DNA of 64,000 nt, from the NCBI GenBank assembly GCA_016874175.1, contig VGUP01000002.1, positions 3,983 through 67,982 of the forward strand, written 5' to 3'. The position numbers and the translations under genes were made by a program. The notes under the pieces were generated by a model. That model saw only the letters and a list, made by a program, of their open reading frames with translations, was not told where the DNA came from and did not search any database. Positions 61,857-64,000 of this stretch are shown here, piece by piece. The DNA comes from Gammaproteobacteria bacterium (GTDB taxonomy: Bacteria; Pseudomonadota; Gammaproteobacteria; Steroidobacterales; Steroidobacteraceae). Position 1 is the first letter of the stretch, and every line of letters starts with the position of its first letter.

Positions 61857-64000
61857 TTACTTATCGAGCAAGGACTTCAGCTGATAGATTTTGTCGAGCG
61901 CCTCGCGGGGGCTCAAAGAATCCGGATTGATGGCGGCGATCGCAGCAGCGACAGTTTCGTTTTTGTCGGCAACGTCGGGCTCTGATTCCTCTTCGCTGGG
62001 GGTGCCGTCGATCGGCGCGCCGAAAAGCAGATTTCCCTGCGGGCCCGAGGACTGGCCGCCCAGCGCGGCCTGCGCCTCCAAGGCAGCGAGATATCGACGG
62101 GCCTCGGCGAGCACCTCGCACGGCATCCCGGCAAGTTTCGCCACCGCGAGTCCATAGCTTTTGCTGGCCGGCCCCGGTTTGACGGCATGCATGAAGACGA
62201 TGCCTTGACGATGCTCGGTCGCGTCGAGGTGCACATTGAGTACGCCGGGAAGTTCTGCGGCGAGACCCGTCAGTTCAAAGTAATGGGTTGCGAACAAAGT
62301 AAATGCGCTCACTCTGCTTGCCAGATGTCGCGCCGTCGCCCACGCCAGTGACAGCCCGTCGAACGTGCTCGTGCCGCGACCAATCTCGTCCATCAGCACC
62401 AGACTTCGCGTGGTCGCGTTGTGCAGAATATTCGCGGCCTCGGTCATTTCGACCATGAACGTCGAGCGCCCGCCCGCGAGATCATCGCCTGAACCGATGC
62501 GCGTGAAAATCCGGTCGATCGACCCGATCACCGCCGACTCAGCCGGGACGTAACTGCCGATATGCGCCAGCAGCGTGATCAAGGCAACTTGGCGCATGTA
62601 GGTGCTTTTACCGCCCATGTTGGGACCGGTGATGACCAGCATCCGGGTCGCGGCATCGAGCGCAATATCATTCGGAACGAAGGGTTCCTGCAAAAACCGC
62701 TCGACGACCGGATGACGCCCAGCGCTGATGCGCAGCGCGGGTTGTGGCGTCAGCGTGGGCGCCGACCAGCGCAGGCTCACCGCGCGTTCGGCCAAGGCGC
62801 CGATGGCATCGAGTTCGGCGATCGCCGCTGCCGTGGACTGCAATGGCGCGAGCTGCGCACAAAGCTGCTCGAGCACGCCCTCGTATAGTTCTTTTTCGCG
62901 AGCCAGCGACTTGCCGCGCGCGCCGAGAACTTTGTCCTCGAAGCTCTTGAGTTCGGCGGTGATGAAACGCTCGGCATTTTTGACCGTTTGTCGCCGAATG
63001 TAATCCGCCGGGACGTTCTTGGCTTGGCTGCGCGCGATTTCAATAAAAAAGCCCTGTACGCGGTTGTAGCCGAGCTTCAGCTGCGGGAGCCCGGTTCGCG
63101 TGCGTTCGCGGGCCTCGAGTTCGAGCAGGAAAGTATCGGTATCGGTCGAAATTCGACGCAGCTCATCGAGCTCGACGTCGAAGCCGCTAGCGATGACATC
63201 GCCGTCACGCACCATGGCCGACGGCTCGCTCGCAATCGCCCGCTGCAGCAACGCGAGTTCGTCCGCATGCGCCAGCACCTGCTCGCCGAGGGCAGCAAGC
63301 AGCGGTGATTCGAGGGTAGCCAGCAGCGCGCGCAGCGCAGGCAGTGCGGCGAGCGAGAGCCGCAGGCCCGTCAGGTCGCGTGGCCTTGCCGAGCGCAAGG
63401 CGACCCGCGCCAGAATTCGCTCGATATCGCCGATCGGTTGTAGCGCCTCGCGCAGCGCCCGATATCTTTGGTCGGCGATCAGTTCGCCGACAGCAATATG
63501 CCGACCGCGTAATTCTTTGTGGTCGGTGATGGGTCGATTGACGAGCCGGCGCAGGGCGCGAGCGCCCATAGCCGTGACCGTGGTGTCGAGCAGGGCGACC
63601 AGCGTGGCATCCTCGCGGCCGCTCGGGCTGGAGTCGATCTCGAGGTTGCGCCGCGTTGCCGCATCGAGTTGTAGCGTCGTATCACGCTCTTCCACGCGCA
63701 ACGCACGCAGATGCGGCAGCGCGGTGCGCTGCGTCTCGCGCACGAACTGCAACAGCGCACCCGCGGCACCGATGGCCAGCGGCAGGCGTTCGACACCGAA
63801 GCCACGCAGGTCGAGTGTGCCGAGCTGCTCGGTAAGCGTGCGCAGCGCCGACTCTTCTTCGAAGTGCCAAGGGGGCCGCGAGCGCCGCCGACGCGCGGGC
63901 AGCGCCGCGGCTAGTCCGCTTGCCGCAGGCGAATCCATCGAGGCTTGCTCGAGCGCCAGCAGCAAGCCTTCGGGCATCAACACTTCGGCAGGTTGCAGAC
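61857..64000 (-). CDS. mutS: DNA mismatch repair protein MutS (5'-partial, N-terminus lies right of the window)
   Basis: Walker A GPNMGGKSTYMRQ, DELGRGTS-like MDEIGRGTSTFDG and FATHYFELT. The frame stays open to position 64000. Confidence 0.96.
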   Translation of the reverse strand, partial: LQPAEVLMPEGLLLALEQASMDSPAASGLAAALPARRRRSRPPWHFEEESALRTLTEQLGTLDLRGFGVERLPLAIGAAGALLQFVRETQRTALPHLRALRVEERDTTLQLDAATRRNLEIDSSPSGREDATLVALLDTTVTAMGARALRRLVNRPITDHKELRGRHIAVGELIADQRYRALREALQPIGDIERILARVALRSARPRDLTGLRLSLAALPALRALLATLESPLLAALGEQVLAHADELALLQRAIASEPSAMVRDGDVIASGFDVELDELRRISTDTDTFLLELEARERTRTGLPQLKLGYNRVQGFFIEIARSQAKNVPADYIRRQTVKNAERFITAELKSFEDKVLGARGKSLAREKELYEGVLEQLCAQLAPLQSTAAAIAELDAIGALAERAVSLRWSAPTLTPQPALRISAGRHPVVERFLQEPFVPNDIALDAATRMLVITGPNMGGKSTYMRQVALITLLAHIGSYVPAESAVIGSIDRIFTRIGSGDDLAGGRSTFMVEMTEAANILHNATTRSLVLMDEIGRGTSTFDGLSLAWATARHLASRVSAFTLFATHYFELTGLAAELPGVLNVHLDATEHRQGIVFMHAVKPGPASKSYGLAVAKLAGMPCEVLAEARRYLAALEAQAALGGQSSGPQGNLLFGAPIDGTPSEEESEPDVADKNETVAAAIAAINPDSLSPREALDKIYQLKSLLDK

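Overview
The window is a visibly high-G+C, very tightly packed chromosomal core segment with gammaproteobacterial-type synteny. I could not assign a species. I found no transposase, integrase, phage, CRISPR, rRNA or tRNA.

Gene content, left to right:
- lptA(partial)-lptC-kdsD on the minus strand, then ibaG-murA.
- A DegS/AlgW-type protease, then petABC (cytochrome bc1) followed directly by sspB.
- yraN-lpoA, divergent from rsmI, followed by RNase P RNA (rnpB).
- A complete dcw cluster: mraZ-rsmH-ftsL-ftsI-murE-murF-mraY-murD-ftsW-murG-murC-murB-ddl-ftsQ-ftsA-ftsZ-lpxC.
- A DUF721/DciA-like gene, an M23 peptidase, and secA-mutT.
- An aldehyde dehydrogenase with an overlapping 129-aa unknown ORF, then a beta-carbonic anhydrase.
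- Two divergent exported S9 peptidases (DPP-IV-like and prolyl oligopeptidase).
- GST-zapD-coaE-pilD on the minus strand, then sucCD-nadE.
- bamD, divergent from rluD-pgeF, then a ZIP metal transporter and clpB.
- A four-gene coupled operon: Zn-ribbon protein, class-III aminotransferase, glutamine-synthetase-like ligase and PAP/fibrillin-like protein.
- aspS, convergent with mutS (5'-partial).

Most of this is ordinary housekeeping DNA. The items most worth follow-up are:
- the uncharacterised Zn-ribbon/aminotransferase/GS-like/PAP-fibrillin operon (56134-60020);
- an A9 homopolymer exactly at the ALDH/129-aa ORF overlap, where loss of one A would fuse the two ORFs;
- an LptC with a lipoprotein lipobox;
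- a Zur-box-like palindrome in front of the ZIP transporter;
- phased MraZ-box repeats on the dcw promoter;
- several missing members of otherwise conserved operons (kdsC, mla, sspA, pilBC).

All product calls rest on motifs and synteny that I recognise by eye, with no database search run. Start codons were refined by eye and may be off by a few codons.
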